Below are positions 49,516 through 59,427 of a DNA stretch of 64,000 bases, in pieces. The notes beneath the pieces were generated by a model, which made no database searches, was not told where the DNA came from, and saw only the letters and a list, made by a program, of their open reading frames with translations. The DNA is from Synechococcus sp. (GTDB lineage: Bacteria > Cyanobacteriota > Cyanobacteriia > PCC-6307 > Cyanobiaceae), in assembly GCA_047285535.1 (NCBI GenBank), contig JBJBDC010000001.1, positions 2,656,136 to 2,720,135 on the forward strand, read 5' to 3'. The translations under genes and the position numbers were made by a program. Numbering within the stretch: position 1 is the stretch's first letter; each line of letters opens with the position of its first letter.

Positions 49516-50791
49516 GGCCCTCAGGTCTCTTGAGGGGTGTCGACTTCTCGTCGCCGCATCCGGCAGCATCGCTGCGGTTAAGACTCCTCTACTCGTTAGT
49601 GCACTTGTCAAGGCAGGGGCGGAAGTGCGTTGTGTCATCACCCCAAGCGCTGCTCGGCTTGTGAGCCCAGTGGCATTAGCCACGTTGAGTCGCCATCCCT
49701 GTTTGCAAGATGAGGATCAGTGGCATCCCTCCCAGACTCGGCCCTTGCATATTGAGCTGGCCGAATGGGCTGATCTCGTCATTGTCGCTCCACTGAGCGC
49801 AACAAGCCTTGCCCGATGGACCCAAGGGTTTGGAGACGGACTACTGGCTTCTTTGTTGCTCGCCTGCGAGCGGCCTGTTGTGGCAGCTGCAGCCATGAAT
49901 ACAGCCATGTGGAGTAGTCCTGCCGTTCGCCGCAACTGGGGGCTTTTGCAACGAGATGAACGAGTGCTGTGTCTTGGCCCAGAACCTGGGTTGTTGGCTT
50001 GTGATCGAATTGGAGAGGGACGTATGGCTGATCCAGGGTTGCTTGAATTGGCAGTCATCCATGCGCTCCAGCAGGTGGGTAAAGAAGGGCAATTGCCTCG
50101 TGACTGGCATGGTTCTTCTTTACTGGTCACCGCAGGCCCCACTCTGGAAGCTCTTGATGTTGCTCGTGTGATCAGTAACCGGAGTAGTGGGCGAATGGGA
50201 GTGATGCTCGCTCAAGCGGCTCGATGGCGGGGTGCTCGGGTTCACTTAGTTCACGGACCCTTGCAGTTGCCGTCAGCCTGGCTTGAGGGTTTGCGTTGTC
50301 ACCCTGTGGAGTCTGCGCAAGAGATGGAATCAGCTCTAACTGGTTTGCAGCCACAGGTTGATGCCGTTGCGATGGCCGCTGCGGTGGCAGATCTTCGTCG
50401 TCGCGGTGGACCTCTCGGTGATAAACCCGCGAAGGCTGACTTGGCTCGTGTTCTTTCAGCTGATATGGAGTCTGTTCCTGATCTGTTGGCGGGCTTGGCC
50501 CGGCGCCGAATCTCAGGCCAGGTGTTGTTGGGATTTGCAGCACTTAGCGGTCCAACCAATGTGATGCTTGATCGTGCACGTCAGAAGCTTTCTGCCAAGC
50601 AATGCGATTTGTTGTTTGCGAATCCCATTGATCAACCCAATCAAGGATTTGGTTCAAGCCTGAATGGTGGCTGGTTGCTGAAGCGCGATGGATCACTAGA
50701 GCAGTTGTCAACGCAATGCAAACTCGCACTTGCCAACCGCTTGCTTGATGAGTGTGCAAGCCAAATGCATGCAGGACAGTCCGCCTCGTAA
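49505..50791 (+). CDS. coaBC: Phosphopantothenoylcysteine decarboxylase/ligase
   Basis: SGSIAAVK, HIELAEWAD, AMNTAMW, LACDRIGEGRM, VTAGPT..SNRSSGRMG, AAAVAD. Confidence 0.95.
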   Translation: MKTEALRSLEGCRLLVAASGSIAAVKTPLLVSALVKAGAEVRCVITPSAARLVSPVALATLSRHPCLQDEDQWHPSQTRPLHIELAEWADLVIVAPLSATSLARWTQGFGDGLLASLLLACERPVVAAAAMNTAMWSSPAVRRNWGLLQRDERVLCLGPEPGLLACDRIGEGRMADPGLLELAVIHALQQVGKEGQLPRDWHGSSLLVTAGPTLEALDVARVISNRSSGRMGVMLAQAARWRGARVHLVHGPLQLPSAWLEGLRCHPVESAQEMESALTGLQPQVDAVAMAAAVADLRRRGGPLGDKPAKADLARVLSADMESVPDLLAGLARRRISGQVLLGFAALSGPTNVMLDRARQKLSAKQCDLLFANPIDQPNQGFGSSLNGGWLLKRDGSLEQLSTQCKLALANRLLDECASQMHAGQSAS

Positions 50792-51014
50792 GCAAAGTGA
50801 TTAGCCGGTGGCAGCTATCTGCACCAGGCTTCCTGAGAAGTTGGTTGATTCGACCATTCATTCCAGCGGGAACCTACTTTTCAGGGGTCTCTTTGCGAAT
50901 AGTTCGCGACGGCTTGTTTAGAGCTGCAAAAGGCCAGCCGGAACTCACGTTTTCGCCTTGTAGGATCGAAAAATCGGTAGATACCGTCTTCGTTCGGCTA
51001 CTCAGCTTTCTTCT

Positions 51015-51836
51015 ATGCGCATCCGTCCCCTGCTGGCCATGGTGCTAGCCCTCTGCCTATTCGTCGTAACTGCCTGCAGTGGTGGTGCTGAGGCCATAGA
51101 TCGATCCAACGTTACCTACGACGACATTCGTAATACGGGCAAGGCCAACGATTGCCCCACCCTGCCTGAGGCAGCTCGCGGCTCCATCAGCCTGACTGCT
51201 GGTTCTGCCTATGAACTCCGCGGGATTTGTATGCACCCCTCCCAAGTCTTTGTGAAGGGTGAACCCGCTAACAAGCGCCAAGAAGCTCAATTTGTTGAGG
51301 GAAAAATCCTGACTCGTTACACCTCGAGTTTGGATGAAGTTTTTGGAGATCTGACCGTCAGTAACGATGGCTTGAGTTTCAGCGAAAAAGGCGGCATTGA
51401 TTTTCAGCCGATCACCGTCTTGGTTCCTGGTGGTGAGGAATTCCCATTCACCTTCTCCAGTAAAAACCTCCAAGCAACTGCTGATGGTTCATCACTCACC
51501 ACCAGTACAGATTTCAGCGGGACCTACCGCACACCGAGCTACCGCACCAGTAACTTCATCGATCCCAAGGGTCGTGCGCTGACAACTGGTGTGGATTATC
51601 CCCAGGGACTTGTGGGTCTTGGTGGAGATTACGAAGAGCTCGAAAGCGAAAACATCAAGCGATATATCGATGGCACGGGTGAGATGAGCTTTTCGATCAC
51701 CAAGGTGGATCCAGAAACAGGCGAATTTGCTGGCGTCTTCTCGGCGATTCAACCTTCCGACTCTGATATGGGTGGACGTGAGATCGTTGACGTGAAGATC
51801 AGCGGAGAGGTCTACGGCCGTCTTGAGGAGGCTTGA
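51015..51836 (+). CDS. psbO: Photosystem II Mn-stabilising protein
   Basis: TYDDIRNTGKANDCP, GIDFQPITV..PGGE..PF.F, PSYRTSNFIDPKGR. Confidence 0.98.
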   Translation: MRIRPLLAMVLALCLFVVTACSGGAEAIDRSNVTYDDIRNTGKANDCPTLPEAARGSISLTAGSAYELRGICMHPSQVFVKGEPANKRQEAQFVEGKILTRYTSSLDEVFGDLTVSNDGLSFSEKGGIDFQPITVLVPGGEEFPFTFSSKNLQATADGSSLTTSTDFSGTYRTPSYRTSNFIDPKGRALTTGVDYPQGLVGLGGDYEELESENIKRYIDGTGEMSFSITKVDPETGEFAGVFSAIQPSDSDMGGREIVDVKISGEVYGRLEEA

Positions 51837-51845
51837 CTTCCTGTT

Positions 51846-51897
51846 CAGAAGACAGAAAAAAAGGAGGGCTGAGGCCCTCCTTTTTTTCTGTCTTCTG
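51846..51897. terminator. Bidirectional-type terminator with a 24-bp perfect stem
   Basis: CAGAAGACAGAAAAAAAGGAGGGC-TGAG-GCCCTCCTTTTTTTCTGTCTTCTG. Confidence 0.85.
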
Positions 51898-51934
51898 GGA
51901 GAATCTCGGTCCCTGATCCAGACACGAATCATTA

Positions 51935-53104
51935 ATGACTGCTAGTTCCTCTTCCTCGCAGCGCTCCGGGCTAATTGCTCCTTACGGAGGCACCCTGGTG
52001 GATTTGATGGTGTCAGCGACTGAGCAGGCTGAGCTGAAGGCTTCGGCTACCAAAAGCATCGAATGTTCCGATCGCAATGCCTGTGATGTTGAACTGCTTG
52101 TGGTGGGTGGATTCTCTCCAGAGCGGGGTTTTATGCATCAGGCCGACTACGACTCCGTGGTCGCCGGACATCGCACGACGTCTGGTTACCTATTCGGGTT
52201 GCCGATCGTGATGGATACCGACCGTGCGGACGTGGCCGTTGGAGACAAGGTGTTGTTGACATACCAAGGCCAGGATCTCGCTGTTCTCACCGTTGGTGAT
52301 AAGTGGGAACCCGACAAGGTTGTAGAAGCCAAAGGCTGCTATGGCACCACCTCGCTAGAGCACCCGGCGGTGCGCATGATCGCCACAGAACGCCGTCGCT
52401 ACTACCTCGGTGGCGTGATTCAGGGCTTGCAGCTTCCCAAGCGTGTCTTCCCCTGCAAGACGCCTGCTGAGGTCCGAGCCGGCCTCCCTGGAGGCGAAGA
52501 CGTGGTGGCATTCCAGTGCAGAAATCCCATTCATCGCGCCCACTACGAGCTCTTCACGCGCGCATTGCATGCTCAAAATGTCAGTCAAAACGCTGTGGTG
52601 CTTGTTCACCCCACCTGTGGTCCGACCCAGCAGGATGATATTCCTGGAGCCGTTCGCTTCCAGACCTATGAACGTCTAGCTGCTGAAGTGGATAACTCAC
52701 GCATCCGTTGGGCTTATTTGCCCTACGCCATGCATATGGCTGGACCGCGTGAAGCCCTGCAGCACATGATCATTCGTAGGAATTACGGCTGTACCCATTT
52801 CATCATTGGTCGAGACATGGCGGGATGTAAATCTTCCCTCACCGGGGATGATTTTTACGGCCCCTATGACGCGCAAAATTTCGCTAAAGAATGTGCGCCT
52901 GAACTGATGATGGAGACGGTTCCCTCCTTGAATCTCGTTTTTACCGAAGAAGAGGGTTATGTCACGGCTGAACATGCTGAGGCGCGTGGTCTCCATGTCA
53001 AAAGGCTCAGTGGTACCCAATTCCGCAAGATGCTTCGTAGTGGCGAAGAAATTCCAGAGTGGTTCGCCTTTCGTAGCGTGGTTGAGGTCCTTCGGGCCTC
53101 CTGA
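51935..53104 (+). CDS. sat: Sulfate adenylyltransferase
   Basis: AFQCRNPIHRAH, MHMAGPREA..H..IRRNYGCTHFIIGRDMAG. Confidence 0.97.
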   Translation: MTASSSSSQRSGLIAPYGGTLVDLMVSATEQAELKASATKSIECSDRNACDVELLVVGGFSPERGFMHQADYDSVVAGHRTTSGYLFGLPIVMDTDRADVAVGDKVLLTYQGQDLAVLTVGDKWEPDKVVEAKGCYGTTSLEHPAVRMIATERRRYYLGGVIQGLQLPKRVFPCKTPAEVRAGLPGGEDVVAFQCRNPIHRAHYELFTRALHAQNVSQNAVVLVHPTCGPTQQDDIPGAVRFQTYERLAAEVDNSRIRWAYLPYAMHMAGPREALQHMIIRRNYGCTHFIIGRDMAGCKSSLTGDDFYGPYDAQNFAKECAPELMMETVPSLNLVFTEEEGYVTAEHAEARGLHVKRLSGTQFRKMLRSGEEIPEWFAFRSVVEVLRAS

Positions 53105-53149
53105 CTTGGCCGATTCCCATTAACATTCCTTCATCAGAGGTGAAACCCC

Positions 53150-55000
53150 TTGAACAAACGTTGGCGCAATGTGGGGCTTTACGTCCTTCTCGTAGTGGTC
53201 GTGATCGTTGTTGGGACGGCTTTCCTCGATCGTCCTGACCAGTCAAACGCTTCACGCACGTTGCGATATAGCGATTTCGTGGAGTCTGTTCAGGAAGATC
53301 AAGTCAGCCGTGTCTTGCTATCCCCAGATCGCGGAACCGCTCAGATTGTTGAAACCGATGGTCGTCGAGCTGAGGTGAACCTCGCTCCAGATAAGGATCT
53401 GCTGAAGCTGCTCACTGACCACAATGTTGATATTGCCGTTCAGCCCTCGCGTCAGCCAGGTGCCTGGCAGCAAGCTGCAACGAGCTTGATCTTCCCATTG
53501 CTGCTACTCGGGGGGTTGTTCTTCTTGTTCCGTCGTGCCCAAGGCGGTGGTGGAGGCGGTAATCCCGCCATGAATTTTGGTAAGAGCAAAGCTCGGGTCC
53601 AAATGGAACCCACCACCCAGGTCACTTTTGGAGATGTGGCTGGAATCGAAGGCGCCAAGCTTGAGCTCACAGAGGTCGTTGATTTCCTGAAAAACCCCGA
53701 TCGCTTTACAGCAGTAGGAGCCAAAATCCCTAAAGGTTGCTTGCTAGTTGGCCCTCCCGGTACTGGTAAGACCTTGCTTGCAAAAGCCGTGGCTGGTGAG
53801 GCGGGAGTGCCGTTTTTCTCGATTTCAGGTTCTGAATTTGTCGAAATGTTCGTGGGAGTCGGCGCAAGCCGTGTTCGCGATTTATTTGAACAGGCCAAGA
53901 AAAATGCTCCCTGCATCGTGTTTATTGACGAAATTGATGCAGTAGGTCGTCAAAGAGGCGCTGGGCTAGGCGGTGGCAATGACGAACGTGAACAAACTCT
54001 GAACCAGCTCCTCACAGAGATGGATGGTTTCGAGGGCAATACCGGCATCATCATCATTGCGGCAACCAACCGCCCTGACGTTCTGGACTCGGCCTTGATG
54101 CGTCCTGGTCGTTTTGACAGACAGGTCACGGTTGACCGTCCTGACTATGCAGGTCGCCTTCAAATCCTTGGCGTGCATGCCCGCAGTAAAACCTTGTCCA
54201 AGGATGTCGACCTAGACAAAGTGGCGCGCCGTACTCCGGGTTACACCGGTGCCGACCTCGCCAACCTTTTAAATGAGGCAGCTATCCTTGCCGCCCGCCG
54301 TCAACTCACAGAGGTGAGCAATGATGAAATCAGTGATGCGATTGAGCGCATCATGGTTGGCCCGGAAAAGAAAGATGGGGTGATGAGCGAACGTCGCAAG
54401 CGACTGGTTGCTTATCACGAAGCAGGTCATGCCCTCGTTGGCGCGTTGATGCCTGATTACGACGCCGTTCAGAAAATATCAATCATTCCTCGCGGTAATG
54501 CTGGTGGTCTTACTTTCTTCACTCCGAGTGAAGAGCGCATGGAATCTGGCCTCTATTCTCGTAACTATCTTCAAAATCAGATGGCTGTGGCCTTGGGTGG
54601 CCGGGTTGCAGAAGAAATCGTCTTTGGAGAAGACGAAGTTACGACTGGTGCTTCCAATGATCTCCAACAGGTTGCCTCCGTTGCTCGTCAGATGGTGACC
54701 CGATTTGGGATGAGCGACAAACTTGGGCCCGTTGCACTCGGTAGAGCGCAAGGTGGGATGTTCTTGGGAAGAGATATTGCTGCTGAGCGTGACTTCTCAG
54801 AAGACACTGCAGCCACAATTGATTCTGAAGTGTCCGATCTTGTTGATGCGGCTTATCACCGCGCAACTAAGGTATTGGAGGACAATCGTTCTGTGCTAGA
54901 CGAGCTTGCAGAAATGCTTGTCGAAAGTGAGACGGTTGATTCGGAGGAGCTGCAGGACCTTCTGATCCGCCGGGATGTACGGATTGCAGAGTACGTCTGA
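53150..55000 (+). CDS. ftsH: ATP-dependent zinc metalloprotease FtsH (FtsH3-like)
   Basis: Two TM helices, [14 protein letters not shown], second region of homology, HEAGH. Confidence 0.98.
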   Translation: MNKRWRNVGLYVLLVVVVIVVGTAFLDRPDQSNASRTLRYSDFVESVQEDQVSRVLLSPDRGTAQIVETDGRRAEVNLAPDKDLLKLLTDHNVDIAVQPSRQPGAWQQAATSLIFPLLLLGGLFFLFRRAQGGGGGGNPAMNFGKSKARVQMEPTTQVTFGDVAGIEGAKLELTEVVDFLKNPDRFTAVGAKIPKGCLLVGPPGTGKTLLAKAVAGEAGVPFFSISGSEFVEMFVGVGASRVRDLFEQAKKNAPCIVFIDEIDAVGRQRGAGLGGGNDEREQTLNQLLTEMDGFEGNTGIIIIAATNRPDVLDSALMRPGRFDRQVTVDRPDYAGRLQILGVHARSKTLSKDVDLDKVARRTPGYTGADLANLLNEAAILAARRQLTEVSNDEISDAIERIMVGPEKKDGVMSERRKRLVAYHEAGHALVGALMPDYDAVQKISIIPRGNAGGLTFFTPSEERMESGLYSRNYLQNQMAVALGGRVAEEIVFGEDEVTTGASNDLQQVASVARQMVTRFGMSDKLGPVALGRAQGGMFLGRDIAAERDFSEDTAATIDSEVSDLVDAAYHRATKVLEDNRSVLDELAEMLVESETVDSEELQDLLIRRDVRIAEYV

Positions 55001-55628
55001 TCGTCAGCAGTGGTTGATTGCTTCGTTGCGTCTTCAGCCACTCATTGTTGTTTTGCGGCCCGAGGAGAGTGATCTCCTTGGGCCTTTTTCTCATACGTTG
55101 TTATGTCAACGTCTCGATCTCTTGGTGGATCTGGGCGTTCGTCATATAGAGATTGCATGGTTGCACCACCCTCGCTGGAGTGATCTGATTGCGACGATTC
55201 GTTGCCGCCATCCCAATGTTCAACTAGGTGTGGCTTCTGTCACCTCTCAACAGGGACTGCAGGCTGTGATTGATCTCGATCTGCGGTATGCAATGTCTCC
55301 TGTTTTGGATCAGGACCTGGTCTTCGCCGCTCATCAGCGCAACTTTTGTCTCGTCCCAGGTGTGATGACGCCAACTGAGATTCGAAAGGCTCAGGCTTTT
55401 GGTTGTCGTGTTGTGAAATTGTTTCCAGCGGTTGTCTTGGGCATTGGCTACCACTCTCAGATTTCAGCGCCGATGGGAGATCATCTGCCTTTCATGATTG
55501 CAGCAGGAGGATTATGTGTGGGCGACTTGGATCCATGGCTGTCGGCTGGTTACGACGCTATTGCTCTTGGTCGTGGCGTACTGAGCACCAATGACGCCAC
55601 CGCTGAGCTTCGCGATTGGTTGACGTGA
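54975..55628 (+). CDS. eda: KDPG/KHG aldolase family protein (divergent); start uncertain
   Basis: [29 protein letters not shown]. Confidence 0.75.
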   Translation: MYGLQSTSDRQQWLIASLRLQPLIVVLRPEESDLLGPFSHTLLCQRLDLLVDLGVRHIEIAWLHHPRWSDLIATIRCRHPNVQLGVASVTSQQGLQAVIDLDLRYAMSPVLDQDLVFAAHQRNFCLVPGVMTPTEIRKAQAFGCRVVKLFPAVVLGIGYHSQISAPMGDHLPFMIAAGGLCVGDLDPWLSAGYDAIALGRGVLSTNDATAELRDWLT

Positions 55629-55667
55629 GACCAATCTGCTACAGATGGGATAGCGGATTCAATTCAA

Positions 55668-56252
55668 ATGTCTCAGTTATCCATCAAGTTGAGCGACAAG
55701 GCTGACGCTCTGGTTGCTCAACTGCAAAAAGAGATCTTCAATCGTCGCCGCAAAAAGGTCACGGCTGCTGGTGTTGTCGAAACCTTGGTTGAAAGCGGTG
55801 CAAGGTCTCAGTCCGACAAGCGTTTTGCCACCTCCTGGGTCAACCTCATTAAAGACATTGAAAAGGCTGCCAAGCTTGCTAACGCCCATGGCAACAAGCC
55901 CTCGTCATTGACGGATGAGGAATGGGTGATGGTGTTGAGCCATCGCAACCGTCAATCCGCCAAACCGCGTAAAGCAAGCAAAACCAGCAAAACCAGCAAA
56001 CTTGAAAAGCCTGCTGCTTCCCGGACCAAGTCCTCAGTCAAGGCGAAACGCGCAGCACCTCAATCGCTGGTGGCTAAGACAGCCAAATCGACAACCACTT
56101 CCCTTGCATCAGTCGGAAAGCCTCGCAAGGCACGTCGTGCACGGAAGACCAGTGCTGAATCAACCTCCGCTCGTTCAACTGCGGGCCGCATGGCCAAAGC
56201 AGCGGCTCAGCTATCTAGTGCTAATGGCATCCATTCGCCTGCCAAAAGCTAG
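55668..56252 (+). CDS. Hypothetical protein with a K/A/S/R-rich histone-H1-like tail
   Basis: Folded-looking ~90-aa N-terminus then a low-complexity basic tail. Confidence 0.75.
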   Translation: MSQLSIKLSDKADALVAQLQKEIFNRRRKKVTAAGVVETLVESGARSQSDKRFATSWVNLIKDIEKAAKLANAHGNKPSSLTDEEWVMVLSHRNRQSAKPRKASKTSKTSKLEKPAASRTKSSVKAKRAAPQSLVAKTAKSTTTSLASVGKPRKARRARKTSAESTSARSTAGRMAKAAAQLSSANGIHSPAKS

Positions 56253-56268
56253 GTGGTGTCATTCCGTA

Positions 56269-57357
56269 TCACCAAAGGCTGCACTGGCCCTGCTGTCTCA
56301 GTAGGTGATCAGCGAGCACCAAGGTCACCATTGCCTCCACCATGGGCACTGCCCGGGGCAAGACGCAAGGATCATGCCGTCCTTTCGCTGACAGCGTGGT
56401 GGCCTCTCCCGCTGAGTTGATCGTCTGTTGCTCCTTGCGGATCGTTGCAGTTGGCTTGAAAGCGACTCGGATCACGATCGGCTCACCATTGCTGATGCCT
56501 CCCTGAATGCCTCCCGAATAATTGGTGGCTGTATGCAGGCTTCCATCTTGTGTGGGTAAGAAGGCATCGTTATGCTCGCTTCCCTTGAGAAGGGTGCCTG
56601 CAAAGCCGGAACCGATCTCAAACCCCTTGGTGGCGGGTAGAGACATCACGGCTTTCGCTAGATCAGCTTCCAGCTTGTCGAAAACGGGCATGCCGAGTCC
56701 AGTGTTCGCATGCCGCACCACACACTCAATGACTCCTCCGCAGGAATCCCCCTCTTGGCCGATCATTTCAATCCGTTGAATCATTTGTTCAGCCATCCCT
56801 GCATCAGGGCAGCGAACGATATTGCTTTCCACTTGTTTGGGAGTGACTGAGCTGGGATCAACGCTCGCTTCCAGGTCGTGGATTCGTTTCACCCAGGCAA
56901 TGACTTCGGTGCCATTGACTTTTCTGAGTAGCTGTCGAGCAATGGCGCCGGCGGCAACCCGTCCAATCGTTTCGCGTGCCGAGGCCCTGCCACCGCCACT
57001 GCGGGCCTGGATGCCGTACTTCGCCTGGTATGTGGCATCGGCATGGGAGGGGCGAAAGGCCACTTCCATGTCTTTGTAGTCCTGAGGGCGTTGGTCCTTG
57101 TTGCGCACCACCATCGCAATCGGTGTGCCCAGGGTCACTCCATCGAGCAAGCCGCTGAGAATTTCAACTTGGTCGGCTTCTTTCCTTGGGGTGGTGATGC
57201 GACTTTGACCTGGACGTCTTCGGTCGAGGTCTGCCTGAATGGCTTCTAGATCTAATTTCAGCCTGGGCGGGCAACCATCAACAATGACGCCGACGGCACC
57301 CCCATGAGATTCTCCAAACGTGCTTATGCGAAACAGTTCCCCGAAGCTGCTGCCCAT
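56269..57357 (-). CDS. aroC: Chorismate synthase
   Basis: [36 protein letters not shown]. Confidence 0.98.
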   Translation of the reverse strand: MGSSFGELFRISTFGESHGGAVGVIVDGCPPRLKLDLEAIQADLDRRRPGQSRITTPRKEADQVEILSGLLDGVTLGTPIAMVVRNKDQRPQDYKDMEVAFRPSHADATYQAKYGIQARSGGGRASARETIGRVAAGAIARQLLRKVNGTEVIAWVKRIHDLEASVDPSSVTPKQVESNIVRCPDAGMAEQMIQRIEMIGQEGDSCGGVIECVVRHANTGLGMPVFDKLEADLAKAVMSLPATKGFEIGSGFAGTLLKGSEHNDAFLPTQDGSLHTATNYSGGIQGGISNGEPIVIRVAFKPTATIRKEQQTINSAGEATTLSAKGRHDPCVLPRAVPMVEAMVTLVLADHLLRQQGQCSLW

Positions 57358-57427
57358 GCTGTCTCCCTGCTGGGATGAGCGTAATCAGTCGGGTTCATTT
57401 CGGATTCATTGTTGAACTCTGATGCCC

Positions 57428-57904
57428 TCAGATCAGATCAGGAAGCGCTCCCTTTGGGCGTTCGCTGTCTGGGAGGTCTCTAAGCATGGTGAAATCTTCA
57501 AAGCTGAATCCAGGCCCAACACAGCAACTCACCAGGCTGTAGGGACCTTCGGCTTTGGCGGCCTGCCAGTGATCCGCTGGAATCACATGTACAGGGTTAT
57601 GCATCGACAACACCTCTCGAGTGGCGTGATCGGCCTCGGGTTTGAGGCACCAAAGGCTTAGGGGAGCTCCTTGTAGGTGGGTCCAAACCTCATCGGCATG
57701 GCTCACCCTGTGCCAGCGACTGAGCGATCCTGCATCCAAGAGATATAGGATTGTGCTGATGGCACAGCGCTGCTGCTGATCAGGTCGAACGACAAGCACA
57801 GGGCTTCGATGCAGCTCGCGATACCAGCCGCCTTCTGGATGCGGTTGCAACGTCCATTCGTCCACCAGCTTCTCAACGACTTCTGAAGGGTTGCGTTCTT
57901 TCAT
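57428..57904 (-). CDS. Cupin_5 (DUF985) protein
   Basis: LQPHPEGGWYRE, STILYLL, WHRV..DEVW, WQAA, LVSCCVGPGFSFEDF. Confidence 0.9.
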   Translation of the reverse strand: MKERNPSEVVEKLVDEWTLQPHPEGGWYRELHRSPVLVVRPDQQQRCAISTILYLLDAGSLSRWHRVSHADEVWTHLQGAPLSLWCLKPEADHATREVLSMHNPVHVIPADHWQAAKAEGPYSLVSCCVGPGFSFEDFTMLRDLPDSERPKGALPDLI

Positions 57905-58064
57905 ACTGTTTATTCTCCACCTTTGTGATCGCCAAACAGGCTCCAGCAGAGCCCTTTGCCTGGTTTCTTTCAAGCCCATGCTCTGCAGCAACTGTTCATG
58001 GTGTCTGATGTTGACCAACGACAACGACAGATTGAAGTTGAACGCTAGAGGCCCAACTTGATGT

Positions 58065-59345
58065 TCACGCTGCCGCCGTAGGACGTCTCGGTGGACAGGC
58101 CATCAGGGGTTGAGGGTGATGACGTCGTGGCGTTCTTTTGGGTGCTGCATTGATGTTTCGTTTCTGGCCTGCTTCGGCAAGGTCTTCTTGTAAGCGTTCG
58201 GTGCAGCACAGCAACCTCGACCAGCTCGGGAGCTGATGGGCCACAGGCGCTGCCATCAATGTCTCAACTTTGGGGCGTAACAAGGTTGCGAAGCTTTGGA
58301 CAGCAAGCTCCTCGCGGTGTCGGTTGTAAGGCAGACGATTGATGGCTGAATCCAATCCAAACTGTTGGACACGGTCTTCTCCCACCCGTCGGAACAGCAC
58401 TTCAAGTGTTGGGATTTGCTCTGGAGACAACATCCGACCTTCATGCTCCATGAGTCCACGGAGCACCGTGGCAAAAATTTCACCGGCCATTCGTTGCAAT
58501 CCCTCTGTGGGAGTATTCCCAAGTGTTTTGTGCTTGTGATCAAACAAGCCGAGATCCACTTGGGCGATGCGCCGAGGAGCAACATGGCGATACACCTCTG
58601 ACAGCAAACCAATTTCGAGTCCCCAGTCGGAAGGAATGCGCAAATTCATGGCCAGATCTCTGGTGAATGCGAACTCGCCGGCTAAGGGGTAGCGAAATGA
58701 TTGGAGATAGCGCAGGTAAGGCATCGGGCCAAAAATTTGCTCCAAGCTGGTGAGGAGTGGGCCTACAAAAAGGCGTGTTGCTCTCCCGTGGAGAGATTGG
58801 GTCTCGAGCGAAAGACGGCTGTAGAACGCTTTCACATAAGCCACCCCGAGAGAGGGATCCAGCAACGGTCGCAGCATTCTTTGTGGGTACGCAGGGGAAA
58901 AGGTGCGGATGTCAGCGTCAAAGAGCCCAACAATCTCAGCGCTTCTGCAAGCCAGGCCCAGCCCTTGCCACACAGCCCAGCCTTTCCCCGGTGGTCCGGT
59001 CACATTGAGGCCAAGGGTCTGAAGAGACTGCAGTGATTCGGCAACGGCGGGGCCATTCGTCCAGTGCACACGCACCGGATATGGCATGTCAGAGAAGAAA
59101 GCTTCCGCTGCGGCGACGTCGTCGCCGGTCTCCGCGGACAACGCGATCACGAGTTCTTCGAGGCCGCTGAGTTCTGCCAGCGCTTCACGGATCAGTCCGA
59201 GCGCAGGACGGCTGAATTCTTCCATCAGGCACGGGATCAGCAAGGACGTTGTGCGTTGCCTCAGCTGACGACGAAAGTCTGGGAGGTCCAGCTTCCCGAG
59301 TCCATAATCATGAATCGTGGCGATTAATCCCTGCTGAAAATCCAT
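58065..59345 (-). CDS. gpgS: Glucosyl-3-phosphoglycerate synthase
   Basis: MDFQQG..T.H, GKGWAVW, DAD, KAFYSR..GRATRLFV.PL, YPLAGEF, DWGLEIG..DHKH; clustered with GH13 and HAD genes. Confidence 0.85.
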   Translation of the reverse strand: MDFQQGLIATIHDYGLGKLDLPDFRRQLRQRTTSLLIPCLMEEFSRPALGLIREALAELSGLEELVIALSAETGDDVAAAEAFFSDMPYPVRVHWTNGPAVAESLQSLQTLGLNVTGPPGKGWAVWQGLGLACRSAEIVGLFDADIRTFSPAYPQRMLRPLLDPSLGVAYVKAFYSRLSLETQSLHGRATRLFVGPLLTSLEQIFGPMPYLRYLQSFRYPLAGEFAFTRDLAMNLRIPSDWGLEIGLLSEVYRHVAPRRIAQVDLGLFDHKHKTLGNTPTEGLQRMAGEIFATVLRGLMEHEGRMLSPEQIPTLEVLFRRVGEDRVQQFGLDSAINRLPYNRHREELAVQSFATLLRPKVETLMAAPVAHQLPSWSRLLCCTERLQEDLAEAGQKRNINAAPKRTPRRHHPQPLMACPPRRPTAAA

Positions 59346-59427
59346 GCGGTGATCAATGCGACAACAATTTGCGGAGCTCTGTTCGATACCTGATGCACTT
59401 GGCAAAGGCACTGTGTCCAAGCAGTTA

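Noticed and set aside
53728..53775. FtsH PKGCLL instead of the usual PKGVLL before Walker A
   Set aside because: A single conservative substitution; all catalytic motifs are intact.
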